A stretch of DNA of 63,976 nucleotides, the filler included, from Ministeria vibrans ATCC 50519 (taxonomy: Eukaryota; Protista; Filasterea): the NCBI GenBank assembly GCA_943704425.1. It is 10 parts of 10 records of this genome, joined end to end, with 100 filler letters (N's around TTAATTAATTAA, not from the genome) between each part and the next. Parts side by side here need not be neighbours in the genome. Positions count along the whole stretch, not along the records: positions 43,468 to 50,276 come from CALSCP010001645.1; positions 50,377 to 57,624 come from CALSCP010001735.1; positions 57,725 to 60,702 come from CALSCP010002602.1; 7 more parts are not named here. The stretch is one strand, 5' to 3'. The notes beneath the pieces were generated by a model. It saw only the letters and a list, made by a program, of their open reading frames with translations, made no database searches and was not told the DNA's origin. Of this stretch, positions 44,330 through 60,802 are shown piece after piece. The position numbers and the translations under genes are program-made. The stretch's first letter is position 1. Every line of letters begins with the position of its first letter.

Positions 44330-46960
44330 CATGACAGGGAGCGAACGAAGATTTTGGTTTCTACGAAGTTTCCACTCTCTTTCGAGGAGTGCACTTGGCG
44401 TAATCTTGAGTAGCCTATTGGTTGATGCGTTCAAAGACACTCAAGAGATGAAGATCGAGCTCTCTTGATGGCCACATTCGGGTACGGGCGCAGTTTCCCA
44501 AAGGTGAACACCTCCCACATGAGCACGCCAAAGGACCACTGCAAAAAAATAATAGTTCTGATGGATTTTCTTGGCTTCTTCTCCCTACCATATCGCTGCG
44601 CAGACTGTACACACCCGTAGTGAGCACTTCAGGCGCCATCCAGCGCATTGAAAGCTTGCACCCCCGAGGAACCCTACGCACCAGAGTTCAACACACACAC
44701 AACCTTTCATTTTCTTTCCCCTCACTCGAGCTCCGCCTGTCCCTTCTCCATCTGCACCGCCAGACCAAAATCGCCCAATTTCACAACACCATCGGCAGTG
44801 ACAAGGCAGTTGCGGGCGGCCACATCGCGATGGAGCACGCGCATGTGCTTACTCACAAACACCATTGCCTGAGCCACCTGCACGCACAGTTGAACCAGTG
44901 TGTGTGGATTCACCTGCAGTCGCTTGCGCTGCTCAAACAGACGACGCACAAATGTTCGCAGATCGCCATACACTGCCAACTCGGTCACAAGCAGCCACGG
45001 CACTCGTTCCATGCACACCCCAATCTAAGTCAAATGTCCGTGAACAGAATAATTACAGAAATCATTCACTCACCAGCGAAACAATGTTCTTGTGGCGCAG
45101 TCGGTCCAGAAGATATGCCTCGTTGACAAAGTCGCTCTTGTCTCGCTGTGACGCTCCACTGTTGAATGTCTTGACCGCAACAAACTGACCCGTACTGTCA
45201 CTTGCAAGCAACACATTTCCAAATTGCCCACTTCCAATGTCGTCCACAAAGGTCAATGACTGGCGCTTAAACTACACACGGAAAAACAAAACAAAAAAAA
45301 CAACCAAGACGTTTTTGCTTTGTTTCCTTACTTGACGCTCTTACTTGAGCCGACGACATGAGCACACTAAAGTCCTCCTTCTCTTCGTCATAGTCTGCAT
45401 ACATCTCGTCCTGCGCCGCCTCCGGTTCACCCTCAAACATCGTCTCGTAGCGCTCTCTGCGTTGCGCCTCACCGTTTCTGCCCTCGTTCTCACCCTCTCG
45501 CTTGAGACCAAGACTCACTCTCGCGCGCGCCACCTCATTCGTATCGGGTGCACGTGCACGCCGGCTGACTTCCGGACTCTTGGCGTTGTGCGTGCGCTTC
45601 GCCAGCACCGAGTACACCTCGTCGTCGCCCTCGTCGTCCACCATGCCTATCAGACCACCACCCGTGCCACCGTCCCCTTGGCGATTTCCGTACACAGACG
45701 ACACGGTTCCGTACAGGGCATTGTCGCTCTCGGCCACATTCCCGTAGGAGGGCGCCAACACATCGGCGGTATTCCCATAGGTGGGCGCCGACGACCGGTC
45801 AACATTGTTCCCGTAGGTGGGCGCCGAGAAGTCCGCATACGTATTGGCGTCCTCGGTGGAGCCGGAGGGGAGCGCGTACATCTCGCCAATCATGTCTCGC
45901 ATCGTATTTCCGTAGGTCGCAGGCACATTGTACACTTCGACCGGTTCGGCGCCGCTGCGCTCGCTGGCGCCGTACACTGCGTCACGGCCGCGCTTCCGAT
46001 TGCCGTAGTCCACGACGCCGTACACCGCAGCGCCGTTCTCGTTCGGCACCGAGGAGTTCCCATAGACAAGGCCGTAGCCATAGCCGTCTGTGTCGCCCTC
46101 GCCATAGTCGTCCTTGTCCGAGACGTGGTACAGCGTCGGATCCACGGTGTCCTCCTCGCCCACGGTGTGCAACGCGACGTTATTCGAATCAAAGGCGCTC
46201 ACATCTGCAGAGTCTGAGGTCCACATCCCACCGAGGCCCGAGAAGGACGCCAGTCGAATCGATCGACGACGTCCAAAAAGCGCCGAGCTCGACAGTTGCG
46301 AGCCCAACGCAGGACCGTTCGTGCCGTTCGCGTGGTCCGCTGTCGAAAGTGAACTCATTTGAACCATGCCCAACTTGGCGGCGCTCTCGATAGCCTCCTC
46401 CTTGACCACACTGCCGGCACCACGGCGATCCAGTGGATTCGAAGGATCACTCGAGGCCGCTGCCGAGCTCGCACGCGACCGACGAATGTCACCAATAACC
46501 TTCTTCCACTCGGCCTTGGCGCGGCCACTCAGCACAAAGAACGCCGCCAGAAGCACACCCTGCAGCGTGTTGAAGATGACAAAGAAGTACCAGGCGACAA
46601 TGTGCTGTGCACCCACAGCGACATACGCCAAAATCCACGTGAGGCCCATGCAGGTGACGAGCGAAGCAAACAGTCGTGGTGTCGTTCGACTGCGACCCGC
46701 ACTCGTTGCAGTATCCCCGGCAATACTCCGCGTAGGCAGACTCACAAGAATCAACACGATGCAAGTGCCATTGAAGAGCATGACAATGCCAACGGGAAGC
46801 AGCACAGCAAAGATCATTCCATTGGTGCTGTTGATCCAACAGTGTGACTCACCACCAAAATCGATCCCCTCGTTCGTCGCCACGTCTACAATGACCACGA
46901 GCAGAGTCAAAACCAGTGGGGTGCTCCAGCCGACCACAGTGTAGAAATCTGTGGCCGGCC
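44330..46960 (-). pseudogene. Disrupted 7TM (adhesion/secretin class, TM4-7) + Tyr-rich tail + tyrosine kinase fusion gene
   Basis: 7TM motifs GWSTPL, CWI, LLPVGIVMLFN, MGLTW, FVIFNTLQG splice in frame (caa|gtaag...tag|ttt aag) into a kinase with IGSGQFG, VAVK, HRDVAARN, KLGDFGLA, RWMAPE, SDM|WSFGVLMWE. The frame breaks after PYPNVAIK, and the 5' part is replaced by a LINE. Confidence 0.8.
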
Positions 46961-49413
46961 CACCCACCCAGTACCAAACGCCTGCGAGTCGTCAGCTTCA
47001 ACGCGAACGGCATCACTACGACCGCGGCCATTGCCAAACTACAGGAACTCGCCGACGACACAGACGCAGACATCATCGCTGTGCAGGAGACACACGTACC
47101 CCCACCCGACCCAGACCACGCCGACGCCCCTGGCCGACCACGCGCCCCAGACATCGGCAACGCGACCCTCATCGGCTACAGACTCATTCACCAGCCACGA
47201 GAGGTCCTACGCGCACGGGGAATACACCCAGGTGGGGTGGCCCTTTACGTCAAGAGCCACCTCCACACGACACGCGCGCCACTGAACACCATCTACGACC
47301 AGCAACCCACGTCACTCGTGCGCAGCGCACAACACTACGATACCTGTTGGACGACCGTGGTGTCACGCGACAACGCCACACGGCTTCACATCGGCTCAGT
47401 CTACGGCCCCGTCAACCGCCAGGACACACCAGCGACAGCGAGTCGCGACCTTGCACGCGCACTCAACCACACCGTGGCGTCGCTCGCGCCGGACAACGTG
47501 ATCTTGCTCACTGACACGAATGTGCACCTACCGCACTGCTGCACTGGCCCCCTTTGCGCCCCGACGCAACCGAACCCGAATGGTCAACTCTGGTGCAGCG
47601 ACTTTCTCGGCCCCAGCGGCATGGTGTCGCTGACGGGCCACTCCACCTACGTCGACTACACCTTCAGCAAGGACCGTGGCAAGAGGAGCTCCATCGTTGA
47701 CCACGTACTTGTCCCGCGTCACCTGGCACACGGAGCGAGGTGCATGACGCTCGACGAGACCTACTACAACTCCGACCACAGACCACTGGTCGCCGACATC
47801 CCGTTCAACCCATGCCGAGAGGCATTCCTGACACCCCCTGGCATTCCACCGACCTTCACCGCCGACATCCTCAACGTCGACAGCGAGGCACGCGACAACT
47901 ACCAGGCAGCGGTGGAGGCGGCCCTGCTCGGCGCGGGAATCTCCCAGACGCTCGAGCAAATGATTGCCAACGAACGAGACACCCCACACACCGTCACCGA
48001 CGCCGACCTGTGCGATATGTCCAAGACCATCACGGGCATCTTGCACGGTGCAGCAAACCAGACCGTCCCACTCCCGCAAGAGCTACAACGACGACCCGCT
48101 CCGCCCCCAGCGAACGCCGGTGCTGGCGCCCGCGCCCATCAACGACGCGGACGCCGACACCGCCACTGTGCACGTGTGCGTGGGCGCCATGGACGTCGCG
48201 GCCACCATCACGGCGGACAGGCCCGTGCTCAACCGGGTCACGCCCGCACACACGGTGGTCTCGGACCACGCGCGCGGACACCATGGTGGTCCCAACAGCT
48301 TCACGACCTGCTCACACGACGGACTATCGCCCACCGTGTCTGGGCAGACACCCCACGAGACGACAACGCCGCCGCCCAGACAGCACGTATCGCCTACGAG
48401 TCCGCTAAGACGGCGCTCGCCCGAGCCATTGTTAACGCGAGACGCGCGCACAACGACGCAATGGACCGCGAGGGCGAGCGCAAGTTCGAGGAAGAATGCC
48501 GCCGAGCGTGGCAGGACACGAAGCGACAGATCGCAAACCTGACCACCATGATCGACGAAACCACGGGCTCTATCTCCCTCGGAGGCGCCCCCCTCGCGAA
48601 AACCCTTGTCAACCCCAACACGGGCGTGTGCCACCCGAACTCAACGGAACCCGTGGCGTCCACGGAGGAGGCGGCCCAGGTGTTCCGCGACGCGTTCGAC
48701 CTAGCCACCGCAACAACCCGTGACGCCATCGCGGACCGCCAACTGGACAACGAACGGGCGCACCTCGTCGACGCCCTCCTGCGCCCAGCCCCCCCACCAG
48801 CGGACACAGTCACCGTGACCGCACCCCCTCCACCTAACGCGCCGCAAGGCGCACCCCGATTCGACATGCGCGACGGCCCGATGGAACACGTCGCTTGGCA
48901 GCCGCTCGACTTCACGCTCGACCCCGTCACCGCTCCCTACACCGAGGAAGAGGTAGCCGAGGCGGCCGCAAAACTCCACAACAACCGTGCCATCGGCGTC
49001 GACGGCACACCCGGCGAACTGCTCAAGCACGGCCCAGCCCAACTCCACGCTGTCATCGCCAAGCTCTTCCTCCTCTGCCAGACTATGGAGACGATCCCCT
49101 CGACGTGGAAACTCGCCCGTGTCGTCCCACTCTTCAAAAAGGGCGACAGGGGGAGCACCTCGAATTACCGAAAGGTCTCCGTACCTCAAGCACTACAAAA
49201 GCTCTTCTCAACCGCGAACAACGTGCGCCTGACCCGCGCCGCCGAGGTGGTCCTCGACCCGGCCCAGACTGGCTTCCGACCACACCAAGGCACGGACCAC
49301 AACCTTTTTGTGGTAAACGAACTGCTCATTGACCTCGCGTCAAGGGGCGCCACGGGCATTCTCACCTCCATCGACTTCAGGAAAGCATTCGATTCGGTGC
49401 CCCACGACAGCCT
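46955..49413 (+). mobile_element. Non-LTR retrotransposon fragment (APE endonuclease + start of reverse transcriptase), truncated at both ends
   Basis: APE motifs VVSFNANG, IIAVQET, GGVALYVK, SVYGP, TDTNVH, VDHVLV, SDHRPL. RT motifs AIGVDG, WKLARVVPLFKKGD, NYRKVS, QTGFRP, IDFRKAFDSVPH; ends before YADD. Confidence 0.93.
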
Positions 49414-50276
49414 TATTTCGTGACATTACAGTAGAAACCACTGTCCCTACGCTGCTACCTTATGTGTTATTGTGTTTGAACAATATAGGCCCCTCCCCCA
49501 GCGCATTTTACAATCGCTAGGCCGTTTTTTCCATCGTGTCCAGGGTGTCCAGGGTGACGTGGCATTTTCTGTTTTCGTTTTTAAACGCCACGCCGAGGTA
49601 GAGAGTCCAATTGAGACGGCATTGCGAGTACAACTCAGGACGACATGCTACTATCTAGGTACCCAGGTGCGGTGGTGAGAAAAGCCGAAAAAGAGGACAT
49701 GTCAAGGGTGTCCAGGGTGTCCCAGGGTAAATTTGAGATTTTCTACAGAGATGTGCAAGAAAAGTTTTGAGTCGAAAATTTGAAAGGGTGCAGTCTGCGA
49801 TTTGCCCCGAATATTCGATCGAACAATTCGAAAAAATTTCGAATTACCATTCTCTATCCAGATTCCCAGAATCCAGAATTCCAGATTATTCATTATACTT
49901 TTTTCTTCGCTCCATTCTCTTCAGGTGAGATAACGAACGTCGCATGCTTCTCATTGCATTGCTAATGTGCGAGCCCGATTGCATGACTTTTTTTTTGCTT
50001 CTTCTTCTGTCTTTTTTGAATTTTCAGTGTCTTTTTTTTTTTTGCTTTAGCGAAAACTCTGTGAGTACATCGATATGGAAAGCAAAAAGAGGCTTCGAGA
50101 TGAGCAGGATATTCGCGAAGAGGTAGACGCGGAGTGGCCCAATGCATCAGAAGAAATGAAGCAGAGTAAGAGTTGTTCGCGACCAAGAGACAAAACGCAA
50201 CCCATCTTTTGTAGAGATGGTCAAACTCGAGTTGCGCGCGCAACGCGCCGACGAGGAAAAGCAACGCGCCGACGAG
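49414..50276 (+). mobile_element. Right copy of the unclassified element; contains ATG 50075, intron 50166-50213 and a 21-bp heptad repeat (QRADEEK)n running into the gap
   Basis: Inverted repeat of 43468-44329. Spliced translation MESKKRLRDEQDIREEVDAEWPNASEEMKQ|KMVKLELRAQRADEEKQRADE. Confidence 0.7.
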
Positions 50277-50376
50277 NNNNNNNNNNNNNNNNNNNNNNNN
50301 NNNNNNNNNNNNNNNNNNNNTTAATTAATTAANNNNNNNNNNNNNNNNNNNNNNNNNNNNNNNNNNNNNNNNNNNN

Positions 50377-50485
<109 letters not shown>

Positions 50486-50873
50486 CAGGATGCATGCTCA
50501 CAAAGTCAGTCACATCATAGACGTATCCGTCATAGGAGACCCAGATGCGGTCTTGCGGTGTCTTGTGCGCGTGCACTTCGTGCTGAGTGAACACAGGAAG
50601 CTCCTGATCATTCTCGTCCGTTTGCGATGCCGTCACGTCCACAACCGCCATTGCGACAGCACTGGGCGCTGCTTCCCGCCTGGCTTCGGGACTGGGTGTT
50701 ACGTAGTGCTGCACAAGTGCGGCGGTGAGCCCCACAGCGGCCGCCGAGAGCGAAGCCATCCGCGTCTTGGGCCGCGCCGCTGAACTTGACGACATGTAGC
50801 ACGCGGCGACGGCACGTCGCGTCACCGCCGGCCCCTGTCTACACGCAAGCTGAGCAAGACGTTTCGATAGCAT
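50486..50873 (-). CDS. SUOX: Sulfite oxidase, first exon (mitochondrial presequence + cytochrome b5 domain)
   Basis: Arg/Ala/Ser-rich presequence, a hydrophobic stretch, then LPVFTQHEVHAHKTPQDRIWVSYDGYVYDVTDFVSMHPG (b5 heme motif, sulfite-oxidase type). Confidence 0.7.
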
Positions 50874-51009
50874 CAAGCAAAAAAGTGAATGATCTCTGAA
50901 CTCTGATCACTCTGAACTTTCGAGATTCAAAAAGCAAATTGAAAAGTGACCGATTAACGAAAAAGAACATTAAAAATTCAAAATTACTACTTTTCTTTAT
51001 ATAGACAAC

Positions 51010-56233
<5,224 letters not shown>

Positions 56234-56263
56234 AAATACACATCCGCCAAACAGAATTACAAA

Positions 56264-57070
56264 TTAAATTTTTCCCGCAAAATTCGCTTCTACAGTCCCT
56301 TCCAGAGACACAGTACCACCCACCGACCAGCGTCCGTGTGGACTTGTCCAAGTCAGTTGTATTTGTCGCTTCGAGCTGCTTACAATCGCACTGAAACGGC
56401 CGCACCAAGCAATGGACGCTTCAACGCCACGACGCAGAGAACACACAGTGGAGACACGGAGATGTTCGCTTCGATAACAACTCCCTACAAACGCATCCAA
56501 TGTGTCCTTTTCATGTTCACGTAGCATCACTTCTGCACCAAGGCCCATGTGCCAGCACGGATGCTGCTTCACATGTGTCGCTGCGGTCAGGGTGAAACCA
56601 GTCTCGAGTTCGCGATCCAACAAATCCATCCTACTCCTTCTTCTCGGGTGGCTGGCGCGCGAGAATAGACAGCCAGCCATCTGCCAACAACCATCGTGTG
56701 TGCTGGTGCCCAATGCATACGCAATGGTCGCGCTTGTTCCGCTCGAAACGGACGCAAAGTCCAATCGACGAGTGGCCTTGGCACGGATCCGCCCAAACGC
56801 CCCTTCCACATGATTCTCGCTCCCTTTTGCAAAGCGCGCCTCGACAAACGGCACAATCAACTGACCCACTCTTTCGCTGACCCACTGTCGCGAGGCAACC
56901 ACTCCAGTCAAGTCGGAACGCCGCAAAGAGGGCCATTCACCATCACCGAACGGAAGTGCGTCTAAAAACGAAACTATCAATGCCACGCACAATCAATAGA
57001 AACCGAGACGGTGCCATTCCCTACTCAGTAGCGGAGTGGTGCCAAAGCCGCGATTGCAGAAGAACATCAT
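56264..57070 (-). CDS. Hypothetical protein, two exons, rich in predicted beta strands
   Basis: ATG at 57070/57067, an in-frame GT-AG intron (about 57023-56962) and an open second exon of about 230 aa ending 30 bp from the PLC stop. Confidence 0.55.
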
Positions 57071-57724
57071 TAATTATAAATAGAATTGTTTATATTCTCC
57101 CGGTGCTGAACTGCTGATGTGAGAGCTTTCAGTTTTGCTATTTTTGTGTGTGGTTGGTCTGTACCACCAACTGTAGTCAGTGTAGTGACTAGTGAGTGAC
57201 CAACAGTGACTAGCTATTCCAGCGATGATAATGGGGAAGATGACACCACACATAAAATTATTGCTTCCGCTATCATCTTTCCTTCTTCATATTCTCACCC
57301 TAATTAATCTTGATACAGTACAACTCCCAAATTATTTACTCTCGACTACATGCTGAGTGGATCCTCTCCTTCCGCGTACAGGTGGGCAATGGATGATCCC
57401 AGTGCGCCTAACGAGGCTTGTCTGCTTCCCCCCGAGTCGCGTGAACCTCGTCGGGCATTCATTGTTAAAGAGGGTGTTCGTTTTGCCGCAACACGAGGAA
57501 CAACACCATGCATGTCACTCGCTCCTTGCTCCGAAGACTGGTCATACAGAGCTCTGCAAAAATATTATTATTACTATAATTATTATTCTTATTATTATTA
57601 TTGCAGACCCCCCCCCCCAAAAAANNNNNNNNNNNNNNNNNNNNNNNNNNNNNNNNNNNNNNNNNNNNTTAATTAATTAANNNNNNNNNNNNNNNNNNNN
57701 NNNNNNNNNNNNNNNNNNNNNNNN

Positions 57725-57756
<32 letters not shown>

Positions 57757-58455
57757 GAAAGTGGAGTGAGAAGTGCTGTTGAACTTATATGGGAAGGGCG
57801 GGGGGAGGTAGGGGGGGGAGAAGGGAGACGGGGTGATCGGATGCGACGGGGGGTGGGGTGCAGAAGAGCGCATGGAGGGCAGGGGCACGGGGTGGAGCGG
57901 GAAGAAGAAGGGGGCGATGCGGGGACGGAGAGATGAGGCGCGGCCCACGGGAAGGGCGCACAGCCACACTCGCCCGACGGCTCCGTTTTGTCCTTCCGGG
58001 TGTGCTTGTGCACCGGAGACGCGTCGGAGCGAGCAAGCTGACGCAGGAGTCTCCCATCAACGATCGATTCGAAAAGTTTTTCTTGCTCAAAAATAGCTTT
58101 TCTGCAGAAACGCACAAAGACGTTATTGTCGAGCGCGCTGCCGGACGTGCAAGCCTCAAAAAAGATCGCAGCACCAAGGAGATGCAAGCGATGGGCGGCG
58201 AGGAGACGGTTGCGGTGAGGCCATGTCGGTTTTTTTGATGACGACTTCAATGTGGCCAAAATAACGCTATAGTGGTGGATGGGGGACGGGGAGGGGAGGG
58301 GCGCAGGGCGGACGGCGCCCGGCATACCTTCTTCTTCTTCTTGTTATCCTTCTTGCCCATGTTGCTTGAACTTTTTTGAGAAAATTTTGACTTGAAAACT
58401 TCAAATTGAGTTTTGATCTTCAATTCAATCAATTTTTCATGCGCCTTCCTCTCTC

Positions 58456-60046
58456 ATGCCACCGTCGAAGAGAAAGTCAGTTGACGACGATCTGGACGCA
58501 GAGCTGTTGGCAATCCTTCGCGACCCCGAGCGACTGCTACGTCTCGAACGAACAAAGGCGCGACTGGAGAAGACGCGTTCAAGATGCGACGCGGCGCGTC
58601 AACATGCACGCTATAACGACTTTCTCGAGCAAATTAGAACGTCGCAGAAGGATCTGTGGTCAAGGGTCCGTCAGTCTCCAGGCGCACAGGTACACCGAGC
58701 GAACGATTGGCTGTCGCTTGACCTTTTTCATTCGGTTGTTGCAGAAACTCGTCGAGCGCAAAACGCCGACCCCGTCTCCGACACCCGCATCTCCACCGCC
58801 CGTCGACTACGGCGGTGCTACACAGGTGAACTTTGACTATGATGGTGCTACGCAGGTGGTCGACGAGCGATCCCCTTCACCGCCTGAAGGAGAAGGAGCC
58901 AAGGCAGTGGGCCCCGCGACGCAACTTATGGATTTTTTTGATGTGGAACGCGAAGCTGCCGAGGGTGCTTTGAATCGAGCCCAAGGCAATCTTAATCATG
59001 CCGCCGAGGAGTTGTTGCCGCTCGTGTTGCCGAAAGTCGCTGCGACTGCCGCCGCGCCGCCGGCTCCTCCACCGCCATCGCAGCAACAAACCCGTCACCC
59101 TTGCTCTGCTGCCGCTCCTCCTCCTTCTTCTCCTCCCCCTTCTCGGGTGTCGGAGAACAGCACTACTAGTTGTGCAACAAATGATCGCTTGCAACAGCGC
59201 CGCAAAGTTGGACTGGTGAGCAATGGCATGCGAGACAGCGCCGGCGCTGTCTTCATACGCACCACCTGTACCATCGAAGCGCTCAAGCAGAGCGTCATCA
59301 CGTGCTGTGGCGCCAGCGATGATCTTTCTCTCTTCTACATCGACTCGGATGGTCACACCATACCATTGCTCACCAACGAGGACGCACTCGACTGGCTCGC
59401 CGAGTGCTCTCAGGACAGCACAACGCCATTCATCGGCTATCGCGCCCGTTCACAACACACGCCGCTCCACCCCTCCCTGCAACAGGCACTCTCCGCCAAA
59501 AAGCAACAACAAACAAAAGCCCTTACCACCAACACTACCACGAGTGCCAGTATTGACACCAATGCCGACGCCGCTAGCACCGCCTCCACCCCGACCGGCG
59601 GCACCGGCTGCTCGTCTACTTTAAACGCCGCGCTTTATGACGTTTTCATTTCGTACAAGCATGCCAACAGTGAGTTTGCCTTTCGCGTCGAAAAGGACTT
59701 GCTTGCACGCAACTTTCGTGTGTGGATCGACCACTCGGGTATTTCACCTGGAAGCAAGTGGCGCGAAGAGATTGCGGCGGGCATCGAGTCGTCGCGTGCC
59801 TTTGTTTTCATTGCGTCGCGTCTCTCCGTCGTCTCACGCTACTGCATTGAAGAAGTCGAGTACGCCTTTGGTCGTAACATGCCCATGTTCCCCGTCCTTT
59901 ACGAACCCTGCTTTGACGCAATGACACCCGGTCTGCGCATGACGCTCATGCCACTTCAAATGCTCGATTTTAGTGGCGACTCTGACTTTGATGAGCGCAT
60001 GAGCACTCTTGTCGACCACATTAACAGGAGACTTCAGATTGTGTAA
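58456..60046 (+). CDS. Coiled-coil, low-complexity, PB1-like and TIR domain protein (exons 58456-58689, 58745-60046)
   Basis: In-frame GT-AG intron. PB1/OPCA-like LFYIDSDGHTIPLLTNEDA. TIR_2-type YDVFISYKH...VWIDHSGISPGSKWREEIAAGIESSRAFVFIASRLSVVSRYCIEEV. Confidence 0.82.
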
Positions 60047-60201
60047 GAGAAGAAGAAAAAGGCGAAAGAAAGAGAGAGCCTAGGAACAGTCTCATGCGGA
60101 GTGAGGAGATCCAGAAAAGTACATTGTGAGAGAGAGAATAATGAACAAACAAACCTGTATATTACTTTTGTTTTTCTCTTTTTGTGTGCTTTTGCTTTTT
60201 G

Positions 60202-60548
60202 TTACTTCCGCTTCTTCCGTGACGGAGCAACATACTGGACTTCTTCGATACTGTCGTCATCTTCGTCATCACTCCCGACCTTGGCTGCACGGCGTCCTCG
60301 CGGTGCGGTTGTTGCTTTCCGCTTGCGATCATATTCAACAGAGTCCAAAAGGGAGTCCTAGATTATAATAATGTTGTTTAGTTTTGTTGGGCGTGTTCTT
60401 GTTCATTTTTCTGCACCTTGACACGCATGGTTCGCTTAGGCGGTGGCGAGACAATATCGTTGTCATCTTCTTCAAGATCCGTGTCGTCTGAGAAGGCAGA
60501 TTGAGCGGCGCTGGCAGCTGCCTTGCCTTTCTTCACGGCACCTGATGC
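60202..60548 (-). CDS. Last two exons of an unidentified, probably nuclear protein (acidic/basic tail ending PSRKKRK)
   Basis: Splice-bounded open exons: ASGAVKKGK...PPPKRTMRVK|DSLLDSVEY...RKKRK*. Confidence 0.45.
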
Positions 60549-60593
60549 CTGCAACGAAAATTAAGAAAACCATCAAATCAATACAGGAGGAAA

Positions 60594-60685
<92 letters not shown>

Positions 60686-60802
60686 TAATAATAATAATAA
60701 TANNNNNNNNNNNNNNNNNNNNNNNNNNNNNNNNNNNNNNNNNNNNTTAATTAATTAANNNNNNNNNNNNNNNNNNNNNNNNNNNNNNNNNNNNNNNNNN
60801 NN

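Noticed and set aside
46916-46967. Overlapping divergent start codons for the LINE ORF and the 7TM ORF
   Set aside because: Both starts are GTG calls that run across the insertion junction; both elements are truncated there.
57725-58360. Minus-strand gene starting MGKKDNKKKKK, head to head with the TIR gene
   Set aside because: Probably a real first exon, but I could not establish a consistent downstream frame or any homology, so it is not annotated.
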